A DNA stretch of 63,861 bases, counting the filler, from an uncultured bacterium (GTDB lineage: Bacteria > DAOPZR01), in assembly GCA_964637655.1 (NCBI GenBank). It is 4 parts of 4 records of this genome, joined end to end, with 100 filler letters (N's around TTAATTAATTAA, not from the genome) between each part and the next. Parts side by side here need not be neighbours in the genome. Positions count along the whole stretch, not along the records: positions 37,332 to 55,773 come from CAZWUZ010000037.1; positions 55,874 to 63,861 come from CAZWUZ010000182.1; 2 more parts are not named here. One strand, written 5' to 3'. Position 1 is the stretch's first letter. Every line of letters starts with the position of its first letter. Below the pieces are notes generated by a model. The model saw only the letters and a list, made by a program, of their open reading frames with translations. It was not told the origin of the DNA and ran no database searches. The position numbers were made by a program, and so were the translations under genes. Positions 46,739 to 56,361 of the stretch are shown piece after piece.

Positions 46739-47821
46739 ATGGGCTGTTCGATTGCGGGCATTATCGACGAAACGGGCCGGCGCTTCACCGGCGATGACAT
46801 CATCAACTGCATCGCCATGATGGCCCTGCGCGCCAACGGGCTCGGGGGCGGCTTCGCCGGCTACGGCATCTACCCCGACCACGCTGACGATTTCTGTTTC
46901 CATGTCATGTACTCCTCGGAAGAGGCGCAGGCGCAGGCCGAGACCCGCCTCCGCCACGACTTCGAGGTGCGCGACAGCGAGCCCATCCCCACGCGCGAAC
47001 TCAAGGAGATCACCAACCGCCCGCTCCTCTGGCGTTATTTTTTGCAGGTGCGTCCCGCCATCCGCAAGCAGTTCTACGACCTGTCCGAGGAGGACATCGT
47101 CACGCGCGCGGTGATGGCGATCAATGCCGCCGAGTTCGGCGCCTACATCGTCTCCTGCGGCCGCAACATGGGCATCTTCAAGGGCGTCGGCTATGCCGCC
47201 GACATCGGGCGCTTCTACTGCCTCGACCGGTACGCGGGGTACTGCTGGACCGCACACGACCGTTTCCCGACCAACACCCCCGGCTGGTGGGCGGGGGCGC
47301 ACCCCTTCGGCCTGCTCGACTTCTCGCTCGTCCACAACGGGGAAATCTCCTCGTACGGCACCAACAAGCGCTACCTCGAGGAATTCGGCTACGTCCTCTC
47401 GCTGCGCACCGACTCCGAGGCCATTCTCTACCTCTTCGACCTGCTGCTGCGCCGGCACAAGCTCCCCGTCGAACTCGCCTACAAGGCGCTCTGTCCGCCG
47501 CTGTGGGAGGAGATCGAGCGCATGCCGAAAGAGGCGCGCGAACTTCACCGCCAGATCCGCCTCATCTACGGCAGCGCGCTGATCAACGGGCCGTCCGCCA
47601 TCATCATCGGCACCGGCACGCAGATGATCGGCTTTACCGACCGCGTCAAGCTGCGCCCGCTCGTCGCCGCGCGCGGCGGCGGCCGCTTCTTTCTCGCCTC
47701 CGAGGAATCCGCCATCCGCCGCGTCTGCGCGCAGCCGGAAACCGTCTTCTCCCCGCATGCCGGGGAACTCGCCATCGGCGGCTTTGCGGCGAAACCGCGC
47801 CGCGCCAGGGTACACACATGA
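46739..47821 (+). CDS. Class II glutamine amidotransferase subunit (GltB1-like)
   Basis: GC N-terminus, RANGLGGGF, RFPTNT, HPF, HNGEIS, TDSE, DRVKLRP. Confidence 0.9.
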   Translation: MGCSIAGIIDETGRRFTGDDIINCIAMMALRANGLGGGFAGYGIYPDHADDFCFHVMYSSEEAQAQAETRLRHDFEVRDSEPIPTRELKEITNRPLLWRYFLQVRPAIRKQFYDLSEEDIVTRAVMAINAAEFGAYIVSCGRNMGIFKGVGYAADIGRFYCLDRYAGYCWTAHDRFPTNTPGWWAGAHPFGLLDFSLVHNGEISSYGTNKRYLEEFGYVLSLRTDSEAILYLFDLLLRRHKLPVELAYKALCPPLWEEIERMPKEARELHRQIRLIYGSALINGPSAIIIGTGTQMIGFTDRVKLRPLVAARGGGRFFLASEESAIRRVCAQPETVFSPHAGELAIGGFAAKPRRARVHT

Positions 47822-49338
47822 AAAAGGGGATGCTGCTTTCCGACTACGTGGTCACGCGCGACCCTGACAAGTGCATCAACTGCGAGGTCTGTGTCCGCCA
47901 GTGCGCCAATGCCGTGCACAGCACCGACCCCGACACCGGGAAGGTCGAGGCCGACAGCAGTCAGTGTGTCTCCTGCCTGCGCTGCGCCACGCTCTGCCCG
48001 ACGCAGGCCATCAGCATCGGCAAAAACGAACTGCAGGTGCGCGGCGAAAACAACTGGGAGACACGCACCCTCAAGAACATCTGGAAGCAGGCGGAAACCG
48101 GCGGCGTGCTGCTCACCGCCATGGGCACCGACCGCAACTTCAAGATCATCTGGGACCACCTGCTCATCGACGCCGCGCAGGTCACCAACCCCTCCATCGA
48201 CCCGCTGCGCGAGCCGATGGAACTGCGCACCTGCCTCGGGCGCAAGCCCTCACGCCTCGAGTACGTGCGCGAGCGCGGGCAGTACCGCGCCACCACCGTC
48301 ATCCCGCCGCAACTGCAGCTCAGAACCCCCATCATGTTCGGGGCGATGAGCTACGGCGCCGTCTCGCTCAACGCCTGCCGCGCGCTGGCGCAGGCGGCGC
48401 AGGAACTCGGCACGTTCTACAACACCGGCGAGGGGGGGCTGCACCGCTCGCTCTACCCCTTTGCGGCCAGCACCATCGTGCAGGTCGCCTCGGGACGCTT
48501 CGGCGTTACCACCGAGTACCTCAATGCCGGGGCCGCCATAGAGATCAAGGTCGGGCAGGGCGCCAAGCCGGGCATCGGCGGGCATTTGCCGGGCAAGAAG
48601 GTGACCGAAGACGTCTCGCAGACGCGCATGATTCCCGTCGGCAGCGACGCCATCTCCCCTGCCCCGCACCATGACATCTACTCCATCGAGGAACTGGCGC
48701 AGCTCATCGGCGCGCTCAAGGAGGCGACCGCGCACACCAAGCCGGTGAGCGTCAAGATCGCCGCGGTGCATAACTCCGCCGCCATCGCCTCCGGCATCGC
48801 CCGCGCCGGCGCCGACATCATCGCCATCGACGGGGTGCGCGGCGGCACGGGCGCGGCCCCGCTGCGCACGCGCGACAATGTCGGCATCCCCATCGAGCTG
48901 GCGCTCGCCGCGCTCGACGCCCGCCTGCGCGAGGAGGGCATCCGCAGCCGCGTTTCGCTTGTCGCTGCCGGCAGTTTCACCAATTCCGCCGACGTGCTCA
49001 AGGCCATCGCGCTCGGCGCCGACGCCGTCTACCTCGGCTCCGCCGCCCTTGCCGCCATGGGCTGCCACCAGTGCCAGAAATGCTACAGTGGGAAATGCAA
49101 CTGGGGCATCGCCACGCAGGACCCGTACCTGGTCAAGCGGCTCAACCCGGACATCGCCACGCGGCGCCTCGTCAACCTGGTGAAGGCGTGGAGCCACGAG
49201 ATCCAGGAACTGCTCGGCGGGCTCGGCATCAACGCCATCGAGTCGGTGCGCGGCAACCGGCTGCGCCTGCGCGGCTTCGACCTGCACGCGCACGAACTGG
49301 CCCTGCTCGACGTCAAGCAGGCGGGGGAATCGCTGTGA
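47818..49338 (+). CDS. FMN-binding glutamate synthase subunit with N-terminal 2x[4Fe-4S] (GltB2-like)
   Basis: Two CxxCxxCxxxC motifs; MSYGA, NTGEGG, QGAKPG.GGHL, HHDIYSIE, C..C..C...C. Confidence 0.93.
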   Translation: MKKGMLLSDYVVTRDPDKCINCEVCVRQCANAVHSTDPDTGKVEADSSQCVSCLRCATLCPTQAISIGKNELQVRGENNWETRTLKNIWKQAETGGVLLTAMGTDRNFKIIWDHLLIDAAQVTNPSIDPLREPMELRTCLGRKPSRLEYVRERGQYRATTVIPPQLQLRTPIMFGAMSYGAVSLNACRALAQAAQELGTFYNTGEGGLHRSLYPFAASTIVQVASGRFGVTTEYLNAGAAIEIKVGQGAKPGIGGHLPGKKVTEDVSQTRMIPVGSDAISPAPHHDIYSIEELAQLIGALKEATAHTKPVSVKIAAVHNSAAIASGIARAGADIIAIDGVRGGTGAAPLRTRDNVGIPIELALAALDARLREEGIRSRVSLVAAGSFTNSADVLKAIALGADAVYLGSAALAAMGCHQCQKCYSGKCNWGIATQDPYLVKRLNPDIATRRLVNLVKAWSHEIQELLGGLGINAIESVRGNRLRLRGFDLHAHELALLDVKQAGESL

Positions 49339-49838
49339 AGAAGATCGTCTTCCGCGAGGAGTACTGCATGGCCTGCCGGCTGTGCGAGATCCACTGCCTC
49401 ACCGAGCACTCGCATTCGAAGAAAATCCTCAAGGCGTACAAGGAGGAGTTCCCCACCGCCCTGCCGCGCCTCATCGTCGAGCAGAAGGGGATCGGCTCCT
49501 TCGCCCTGCAGTGCCGGCACTGCAGCGACGCCCCCTGCCTCGCCGCCTGCAGTTCGGGCGCCATGCAGCGCGACGCCGACGGGCACGTCATGTGCGACAC
49601 GGATAAATGCGCCGGCTGCTGGATGTGCGTGATGGTCTGCCCCTTCGGGGTCATCCGCCGCGACACCGCCGGCAGGAAAGTCGCCGCCAAGTGCGACCTC
49701 TGCCCCGACCGCGACGTCCCCGCCTGTGTCGCCGCCTGTCCCAACGAGGCGCTGGTCTTCTGCCATGAAGATTCTTCGCCCGCTCCCGCGCGCAGCGCGG
49801 GCGAGGGCGGGGGTAAGGGCAGAAAGGGGTTGCCGTGA
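49335..49838 (+). CDS. 4Fe-4S dicluster protein
   Basis: CMACRLC, CRHC..APC, CAGCWMC, KCDLC. Confidence 0.92.
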   Translation: MKKIVFREEYCMACRLCEIHCLTEHSHSKKILKAYKEEFPTALPRLIVEQKGIGSFALQCRHCSDAPCLAACSSGAMQRDADGHVMCDTDKCAGCWMCVMVCPFGVIRRDTAGRKVAAKCDLCPDRDVPACVAACPNEALVFCHEDSSPAPARSAGEGGGKGRKGLP

Positions 49839-51073
49839 AAAAAATCCCGGGCCTCGTCATCATCGGCAACTCCGCCGCGGGCGTTGCCGCCGTCGAGGCC
49901 ATCCGCGCGCAGGACGCGCAGGTGCCCGTGACGGTCATCAGCCGCGAAGCAGGCAGCGCCTACTCGCGCCCCTTCATCATCCACCAGCACGACCAGCCGC
50001 GGGTGCTCGCCTATCGCGACGCCGCCTTCTACAAAAAACATGCGGTCACCCTGCTGCACGCAAACGTGGAGAGCATCGACGCGAAGAACAACATCGTGCG
50101 CGCGGGCACACGGCAGGTGCTCTACACGAAACTGCTGCTGGCGGTGGGCGGCACGCCCGTGCGCCCCGCCATCCCGGGACTGGAACAGAAACATGTGTTC
50201 ACCCTGACCACGCTCGACGATGCGCAGCGCGTGCAGCGGGCGGTCAAAAATAACTGCCGCGCCGTGGTCATCGGCTGCGGCATGATCGGTATCAAGGCGG
50301 CGGAATACCTCAGGGAACTCGGGGCGCAGGTCACCATCGTCGAACTGCAGGAGCGTCCCTTCGCCGCGGTACTCGACCGTGACAGCGGAACGCTGGTCAC
50401 GGAACAGCTGCGGCAGCACGTCACGCTGCTGCTCGGCGACAGCGTGACCCGCATCACCGCCACCCACTGCCTGCTGCAGAGCGGGAAAGAACTTCCCGCC
50501 GACATCGTCATCTGCGCCATCGGCGTCGTCCCCGACCTCGCGCTGGCAAAGAGCGCCGGACTGAAGGTCAACCGCGGCATCGTCGTCGACGCGAAACTGC
50601 GCACCTCCCGCCGCGACATTTTTGCCGCCGGCGACTGCGCCGAAGCGCTCGATATTCTTGCCGGCGAGAAGCGCCCGCTCCCCGTCTGGCCCGTCGCCTA
50701 CCGGCAGGGGAAAATCGCCGGCACGGTCATGGCCGGCGGCAGGGCTGAGTACCCGGGCGCCTTCCTGCTCAATTCCGTCTCCGTCTTCGGCCTGCCGCTC
50801 ATCACCCTCGGGCTTTCCACGTTGGCGGACGCCGAGGAACTGGTGCAGGCCACTGCGAAAAAGCAGTCCTACAAGAAGATCCTGCTGCGTGACGGGAACA
50901 TCGTCGGGGCCATCCTCGTCGGTGACATCGACCGCGCCGGCATCATCACGGGCCTGATGACCGACGGCATCTGTGTCGAACCGTTCAAGCACGACATCCT
51001 CAGCGATACCTTCGGCTATATTTACGTGCCGAAAGAGTTCCGCTCGAGAGAAGTGAGCCCGGTCGAGGTATGA
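49835..51073 (+). CDS. FAD-dependent NAD(P)H oxidoreductase
   Basis: IIGNSAAG, IGCGMIG, IFAAGD. Confidence 0.9.
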   Translation: MKKIPGLVIIGNSAAGVAAVEAIRAQDAQVPVTVISREAGSAYSRPFIIHQHDQPRVLAYRDAAFYKKHAVTLLHANVESIDAKNNIVRAGTRQVLYTKLLLAVGGTPVRPAIPGLEQKHVFTLTTLDDAQRVQRAVKNNCRAVVIGCGMIGIKAAEYLRELGAQVTIVELQERPFAAVLDRDSGTLVTEQLRQHVTLLLGDSVTRITATHCLLQSGKELPADIVICAIGVVPDLALAKSAGLKVNRGIVVDAKLRTSRRDIFAAGDCAEALDILAGEKRPLPVWPVAYRQGKIAGTVMAGGRAEYPGAFLLNSVSVFGLPLITLGLSTLADAEELVQATAKKQSYKKILLRDGNIVGAILVGDIDRAGIITGLMTDGICVEPFKHDILSDTFGYIYVPKEFRSREVSPVEV

Positions 51074-51804
51074 AAACGGTCACCATCGACGCCGCGCGTC
51101 TCGACCATAGCGCCCTCAACCGCGAACTGCGCGCGCTGGCCGCGGAAGAGGTGGAACGCGTCAGCGTCAGCAATGTGCTCGGGCAGCGCTATATCGCCGC
51201 CGGCCTGCCGGCGAAGATTGCCATTGACCTCACCGGGGTGCCGGGCAACGACCTTGGGGTATTCATGGACGGCCCGTCCATCACCGTGCACAACAACGTG
51301 CAGGACATGACCGGCAACACCATGGGTGGCGGGCGTATCGTCGTGCACGGCGCCTCGGGCGACCTGCTCGGCTATGCCATGCGCGGCGGCGAGATCATCG
51401 TCCGCGACGATGTCGGCTACCGTGTCGGCGTGCACATGAAGGCCTACCAGGAACTCTGCCCGACGCTGGTGGTCGGCGGGGTCGGGCACGACTATCTCGG
51501 CGAGTACCTCGCGGGGGGCATTATCATCGTCCTCAACCGCAACGACGAGAAACTTACCGCGCACCATATCGGCACCGGCATGCACGGCGGCGTCATCCTC
51601 ATGCGCGGCACCGTCGAGCCGTGGCAGCTCGGGCGCGAGGTGGGGGTCAGCGCGCCCACCGACGCGGACCGCGCACTGCTCGCCCGCACCATCACTGCCT
51701 TCGGCAAAACCTTTTCCCTGCCGGTGCAGCACCTGCGCCCCGGCGATTTTGTCCGCTACGCGCCGGTCAGCAGCCGCCCCTACGGCAGTTTATACGCCTA
51801 CTGA
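51070..51804 (+). CDS. GXGXG glutamate synthase domain-3 protein (GltB3-like)
   Basis: GQRYI, GVPGNDLG, GEYLAGG, GTGMHGG. Confidence 0.92.
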   Translation: MKTVTIDAARLDHSALNRELRALAAEEVERVSVSNVLGQRYIAAGLPAKIAIDLTGVPGNDLGVFMDGPSITVHNNVQDMTGNTMGGGRIVVHGASGDLLGYAMRGGEIIVRDDVGYRVGVHMKAYQELCPTLVVGGVGHDYLGEYLAGGIIIVLNRNDEKLTAHHIGTGMHGGVILMRGTVEPWQLGREVGVSAPTDADRALLARTITAFGKTFSLPVQHLRPGDFVRYAPVSSRPYGSLYAY

Positions 51805-51875
51805 ATTGACCGCAACCGGCAGGAGCAGGAACCGCCGGTAACAGGTATCCGCTGCTTCTCCCGTTACGCCTGTGT

Positions 51876-53144
51876 TCAGCGGTTGACCGGCAGCGGCGTG
51901 TCGCTGAGGGTGCCGATGGCGGCCGCCCGCTGCTCGAGGGGGAGCGCCTCGTCGACGAGGCCGGTGGCGCGGCAGATTGCCGCGATACGCTTCAGCGCCG
52001 GCAGCAGGTTCGTGCTGGTGGTGCCGAACAGGTGCTCCTGGATGGCGAGCGCCTCGCGATAATGCCCTTCCGCCGCCACGAATTTTCCCTGCTGGTCCTC
52101 GGCCTGCGCGAGCAGCAGCAACGTCGCAGCGTATTCCGGGCCGGTGCGGGCGGCGAAGAGTTCGAGAATGTTCAGGCGCCGGGTGAAATGAAATTCCGCG
52201 TCAGCATGGTCGAGCAGCTGCTGATTGAGGCGCCCGAGTTCGAGATGCTGATTGGCCCAGGCGGGGAGTTGCGACAGCACGCGCCCTTCGACCATGGTCA
52301 GGGCGCGCGTCAGGAACGTATCGGCATCGGTCAGCTGCCCGCCGTCAACCAGCACGCCCGCCAGCTCGTTGAGCGCCGCGACCAGTTTCGGATGGCCCGG
52401 TGCGAGGCTGCTTTCCAGCGCCCCCAGCGCGCGGGTGTAGGCACCGGCGGCAGCGGCATGATGGCCGCCGTCCCGGTAGGCCCGCGCGACTTCCAGCAGC
52501 GTCGCCGCGAAACGCGGGTGATCCTCACCCGGCCGCCCCTGCCCCAGCGCCGTCGCCGCGCGTTCCAGTGCCGCTGCCCGCATGCTGTGGTTGCCCCGCA
52601 CCCGGTAGGCCTCGCCAAGGTCGAGCAGCACGTCGATGATCTGCGGATGACTGTCGCCGAGCGCCGTCTCGATCCCCGTCGCCGCCCGTTCATACAATGC
52701 TATCGCGCGGTCCTGGTTGCCGTTCGCCTGGTGCATCTCCCCGAGCAGGTCGACCACCGTGGCAACGCGCGGGTCGGCGATCCGGGCGATGCCGCCGAGG
52801 AAGGAGAGCGCCCGCTCAAAGAAGCCCGCGGCCTCGGCATGGTCGCCCGCTTCGCGGTTCACCTGCCCGAGCGCCAGCAGGGTTGCCGTGACTTCCGGAT
52901 GCCCGGCCGGCAGCGCCTGCTGCTGGATGGCCAGCGCCCGGCGGTAGTAGGCCTCGGCCTGTTCGTACGCACCCCGGGCGCGCAGCGCTTCCGCGTACCG
53001 GTACATGACCTGCGCCGTGCGCGGGTCATCAGCCCCGAACTGCGCCGAGGCCTGCGCCACATTTTCGAGCGTCACGGCGACGGGTTCATCCGCCGTGGCG
53101 GGCATTGCTGCCAGCAGCACTATCAGCATCAGCACTCGGTACAT
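51876..53144 (-). CDS. Secreted TPR protein (kinesin-light-chain-like repeats)
   Basis: Signal peptide; repeated AEAYYRRALAI...GHP units. Confidence 0.85.
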   Translation of the reverse strand: MYRVLMLIVLLAAMPATADEPVAVTLENVAQASAQFGADDPRTAQVMYRYAEALRARGAYEQAEAYYRRALAIQQQALPAGHPEVTATLLALGQVNREAGDHAEAAGFFERALSFLGGIARIADPRVATVVDLLGEMHQANGNQDRAIALYERAATGIETALGDSHPQIIDVLLDLGEAYRVRGNHSMRAAALERAATALGQGRPGEDHPRFAATLLEVARAYRDGGHHAAAAGAYTRALGALESSLAPGHPKLVAALNELAGVLVDGGQLTDADTFLTRALTMVEGRVLSQLPAWANQHLELGRLNQQLLDHADAEFHFTRRLNILELFAARTGPEYAATLLLLAQAEDQQGKFVAAEGHYREALAIQEHLFGTTSTNLLPALKRIAAICRATGLVDEALPLEQRAAAIGTLSDTPLPVNR

Positions 53145-53258
53145 GGCACGCTCCTCAATCCGGTCACTGACAGCATCAGGTGAGAATCATTCAGGCAACT
53201 GGCGGTCATGCTAACATGCCTGCCGCGACCGTGCCACCCGGAACATCCGGCGCGGCGC

Positions 53259-54320
53259 TCAGGTGTCCCGTTGCTGCTTGAGCACCGTCTTTACCATGCG
53301 CCCGAACGCACGGTCCTTCTGCCGCCGCTGCGCGTAGGAGAGTTCGTGAAATTCTGATTCGCGGCACAGTTTGCGGTAGCGCTGCAACCGCTCGTCACTG
53401 AGCGTGCCGTCCGCCACCGCCGCGCGCACTGCGCAGCCGGGCTCATGCCGGTGCGTGCAGTCCGCGAAACGGCAGCCCGCCGCCAGCGTGGCAATGTCGG
53501 CGAAGGCCGCGGCCAGCCCGTCGCCGGCACCCACCAGCCCGAACTCGCGCATCCCGGGCGTGTCGATGAGCAGCGCGCCCCCCGCCAGTTGCAGCAGCTG
53601 CCGCCGCGTGGTGGTGTGGACTCCTTCACCGGTGCCGCTCACCGCGCGCGTCGGCAGGTCCTCACCCGTCAGGCGGTTGAGCAGCGTGGTTTTGCCCACG
53701 CCCGACGAGCCGAGCAGGCAGCAGGTCCGCCCCGGCGGCAGCAGCGCGCGCAGCGCGTCCAGCCCGTCACCCGTCGCGTTGCTCAGCCGCAGCACCGGCG
53801 CGGTGATGCCGGCACGCCTGATCTCATCCTCCCGCTGCGCCGCAGCCGCGGCGCTCACCAGGTCGGTCTTGCTCAGGATGAGCTGCGGGGTGATGCCGCC
53901 GTCCGCCACCGCCACTAAGTAGCGCTCGAGGCGGGCCACGTTGAAATCAACCTCGCAGTCCTGGATGATGAATGCAATATCGAGGTTGGCCGCGAGCAGC
54001 TGGCAGTCAACGACCCTGCCCGCGGTCTTGCGCTGCAGCAGCGTGCGACGCGGCAGCACGGCATGGATAACAGCAAGGTCGCCCGTTGACGAACAGGTCG
54101 CCGTCACCCAGTCGCCCACCCCGGGAAGGTCGAGGGCGGTGTCCGCGGTGAAACGCAGCCGCCCGGCCACTTCCGCGCGCAGGTCGCCACGTTCACCACC
54201 TACCATATACGACTCGCGGTCGACCGCGATCACCCGGGCAACAACCTGCCCCGGTTGCAGCAGCAGCGCCGCCGCTGCCGCATACTGCGCATCATAGCCG
54301 AGTGCGGTCAGCGGGTCCAT
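53259..54320 (-). CDS. rsgA: Ribosome small subunit-dependent GTPase
   Basis: SKTD, GSSGVGKT, HTTT, DTPG, CRFADCTHRHEPGC. Confidence 0.93.
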   Translation of the reverse strand: MDPLTALGYDAQYAAAAALLLQPGQVVARVIAVDRESYMVGGERGDLRAEVAGRLRFTADTALDLPGVGDWVTATCSSTGDLAVIHAVLPRRTLLQRKTAGRVVDCQLLAANLDIAFIIQDCEVDFNVARLERYLVAVADGGITPQLILSKTDLVSAAAAAQREDEIRRAGITAPVLRLSNATGDGLDALRALLPPGRTCCLLGSSGVGKTTLLNRLTGEDLPTRAVSGTGEGVHTTTRRQLLQLAGGALLIDTPGMREFGLVGAGDGLAAAFADIATLAAGCRFADCTHRHEPGCAVRAAVADGTLSDERLQRYRKLCRESEFHELSYAQRRQKDRAFGRMVKTVLKQQRDT

Positions 54321-54323
54321 GCG

Positions 54324-55076
54324 CTACGCCGCTTTCTGCGCCACGTAGACACCGTAGCCGTAATACCGGTGCCCGGTTGCGTACAGTTCGATTTCCCGCT
54401 GCTCGGCCGCGACAATGGCCCGCGCCGCGTCGCTGTGGTTGTGCCGCGCGAGAAACGCAGCGAACCCCGCCTGCAGCGGCCCGTAATAATTGTCGCGCCA
54501 GCAGTGTTCCGGCAGCAAGCAGTAGCCGAGCGGCGCATAGCCGCTCTCCTCGAGCACGCGCAGTTTTGCCGAGGCGACGTCAACACCCGGATACTCCGCC
54601 TGCCAGTGCTGTGCGAGCGCCGCCGGGCGCGTGGCGGTACACCAGGTGAGTTCCGAAACGACCAGCACGCCCCCGGGTTTCAGGAAACGCCGCCAGTCCG
54701 CCACGCCGCGGGCAAACCCGATGTTGTAGATGGCCCCCTCCGACCAGATGAGATCGTACTCACCGTCGGCAAACGGCAGGTTCTCCATCGGGCAGGCGAG
54801 CGTCGTGATGCGCTCAGCCACCCCTGCCGTCATCGCCCGCTGCGTCAGTACCGCGAGAAATTCCGGCAGGAAGTCGACCGCGGTGATACTGGCCTGCAGC
54901 CGTTGCGCCAGCAGCAGCGTCGCCGCCCCGGTGCCGCAGCCGATATCAGCCACGCGCTGCGGTGTCGCACAGGCACGCAACGCCAGTGCCAGCGCCTGCT
55001 CCGTCTCCGCCTCGCCACCCGGCCCCTGCCGCGCATTGCGCTTATGCAGATCTGCCAGCAATGCAAATTCTTCCAC
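54324..55076 (-). CDS. Class I SAM-dependent methyltransferase
   Basis: RQGPG, ADIGCGTG, WSEGAIYNIGF, YGYGVY. Confidence 0.9.
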   Translation of the reverse strand: MEEFALLADLHKRNARQGPGGEAETEQALALALRACATPQRVADIGCGTGAATLLLAQRLQASITAVDFLPEFLAVLTQRAMTAGVAERITTLACPMENLPFADGEYDLIWSEGAIYNIGFARGVADWRRFLKPGGVLVVSELTWCTATRPAALAQHWQAEYPGVDVASAKLRVLEESGYAPLGYCLLPEHCWRDNYYGPLQAGFAAFLARHNHSDAARAIVAAEQREIELYATGHRYYGYGVYVAQKAA

Positions 55077-55134
55077 GACTGTTCCTCTCCGTACCGCCTC
55101 ATATCTGCTTCTTTTATCTTCCCACAATTATCAT

Positions 55135-55221
55135 ATCTTACGATATTACTTATCTTGTGTCAATACTCATACAAAAAAGAAGACAAAAACGATTGACAGT
55201 ACACGGGATTTTTGCTATCAT
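55135..55221. promoter_or_regulatory. Divergent sigma70 promoters in an AT-rich spacer
   Basis: Minus strand: TTGACA-17-TAAGAT (55163 to 55135). Plus strand: TTGACA-17-TATCAT (55193-55221). Confidence 0.7.
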
Positions 55222-55251
55222 GGAATAACGATGTTCAAAGGAGAGGGAACC

Positions 55252-55491
55252 ATGGCAGAGACCTCGTTGCAGAAGCGCATCGCCGAGCGCGCGTACCAGC
55301 TGTTCCTGAAACGCGGCGGGAAGCACGGGTATCACCAGCAGGACTGGATGCAGGCGGAGAAGGATATCCGCGCGGAACTCGCCAAGCCGGCAGCCAAGGC
55401 CCCCGCGAAAGCGGCGCCGGTGAAAGCCGCGGCCAAAGCGGCCAAAGCCCCGAAGGCGGCGAAGAAAGCAAAGAAGAGCGGCAAAAAGTAA
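55252..55491 (+). CDS. DUF2934 protein with a Lys/Ala-rich tail
   Basis: RIAERAYQLF..RG..HG....DW..AE followed by AKPAAKAPAK repeats. Confidence 0.85.
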   Translation: MAETSLQKRIAERAYQLFLKRGGKHGYHQQDWMQAEKDIRAELAKPAAKAPAKAAPVKAAAKAAKAPKAAKKAKKSGKK

Positions 55492-55508
55492 TCCGGCTGT
55501 ACCCCAAC

Positions 55509-55541
55509 GACCGGCAGGTCATCCCTGCCGGTCTTTTATTT
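55509..55541 (+). terminator. Rho-independent terminator
   Basis: GACCGGCAGG-loop-CCTGCCGGTC followed by TTTTATTT. Confidence 0.85.
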
Positions 55542-55726
55542 CGCTCCTGCTGACGTCCTCCGTAAAGCATCCGTTCAACCGCAGTCGCGCACTGCGCCGG
55601 ACAATTCTACCAGAAGGTTTACGCGCTCCTCCTGACGTCCTCAGTCAATCAGCGCGTACCACCACCGTCACACACTACGCACAACACTGATTGTGCAACA
55701 GGTCTGTTCATAATACTTTTAGAGGG

Positions 55727-55773
55727 GTAACTGTTCAGCCACCCACGCATCTTGCAGAGCGACCCTTTGGGCC
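55727..55773 (+). mobile_element. Left end of an IS66-type element or MITE at the contig break
   Basis: GTAACTGTTCAGCC matches the MITE terminus; the contig ends 47 bp in. Confidence 0.6.
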
Positions 55774-55873
55774 NNNNNNNNNNNNNNNNNNNNNNNNNNN
55801 NNNNNNNNNNNNNNNNNTTAATTAATTAANNNNNNNNNNNNNNNNNNNNNNNNNNNNNNNNNNNNNNNNNNNN
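55774..55873. other. Contig-join linker (artificial)
   Basis: N run with TTAATTAATTAA. Confidence 0.97.
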
Positions 55874-56318
55874 CATCCACGAGAAGGATTTGCGCATCGA
55901 CACCTTCTGCGCGTCGGGGCACGGCGGGCAGAGCGTCAACACCACCTACTCGGCGGTGCGCATCACCCACCTGCCGACCGGGGTCTGGGTGCAGTGCCAG
56001 GACGAGAAGAGCCAGATCAAGAACCGCGCCAAGGCGATGACCGTGCTGCGCTCGCGCCTGCTCGAGGCGGAGCGCGAAAAGCAGGCGGCGGCGGAGGCGG
56101 CGGTGCGCAAGGACATGGTGCGCACCGGCGACCGCAGCGAGAAGATCCGCACCTACAACTGGCCGCAGAACCGCGTCACCGACCACCGCCTCGAGGGCGA
56201 TGACAAGAACTTTCCGCTCGAGCGGGTCATCGACGGCGACCTCGAGGAGGTCATCGGCGCGCTGGCGCGGCTCGATGAACTGCGCAAACTCGAAGAACTC
56301 GATACGCAGAATTCGTGA
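55874..56318 (+). CDS. prfA: Peptide chain release factor 1, 3' part
   Basis: [28 protein letters not shown]; directly upstream of prmC. Confidence 0.93.
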
Positions 56319-56361
56319 CCAAACCGGACCGCTGCGCTTCGCGGAGAAACCAGGTGCAGCG

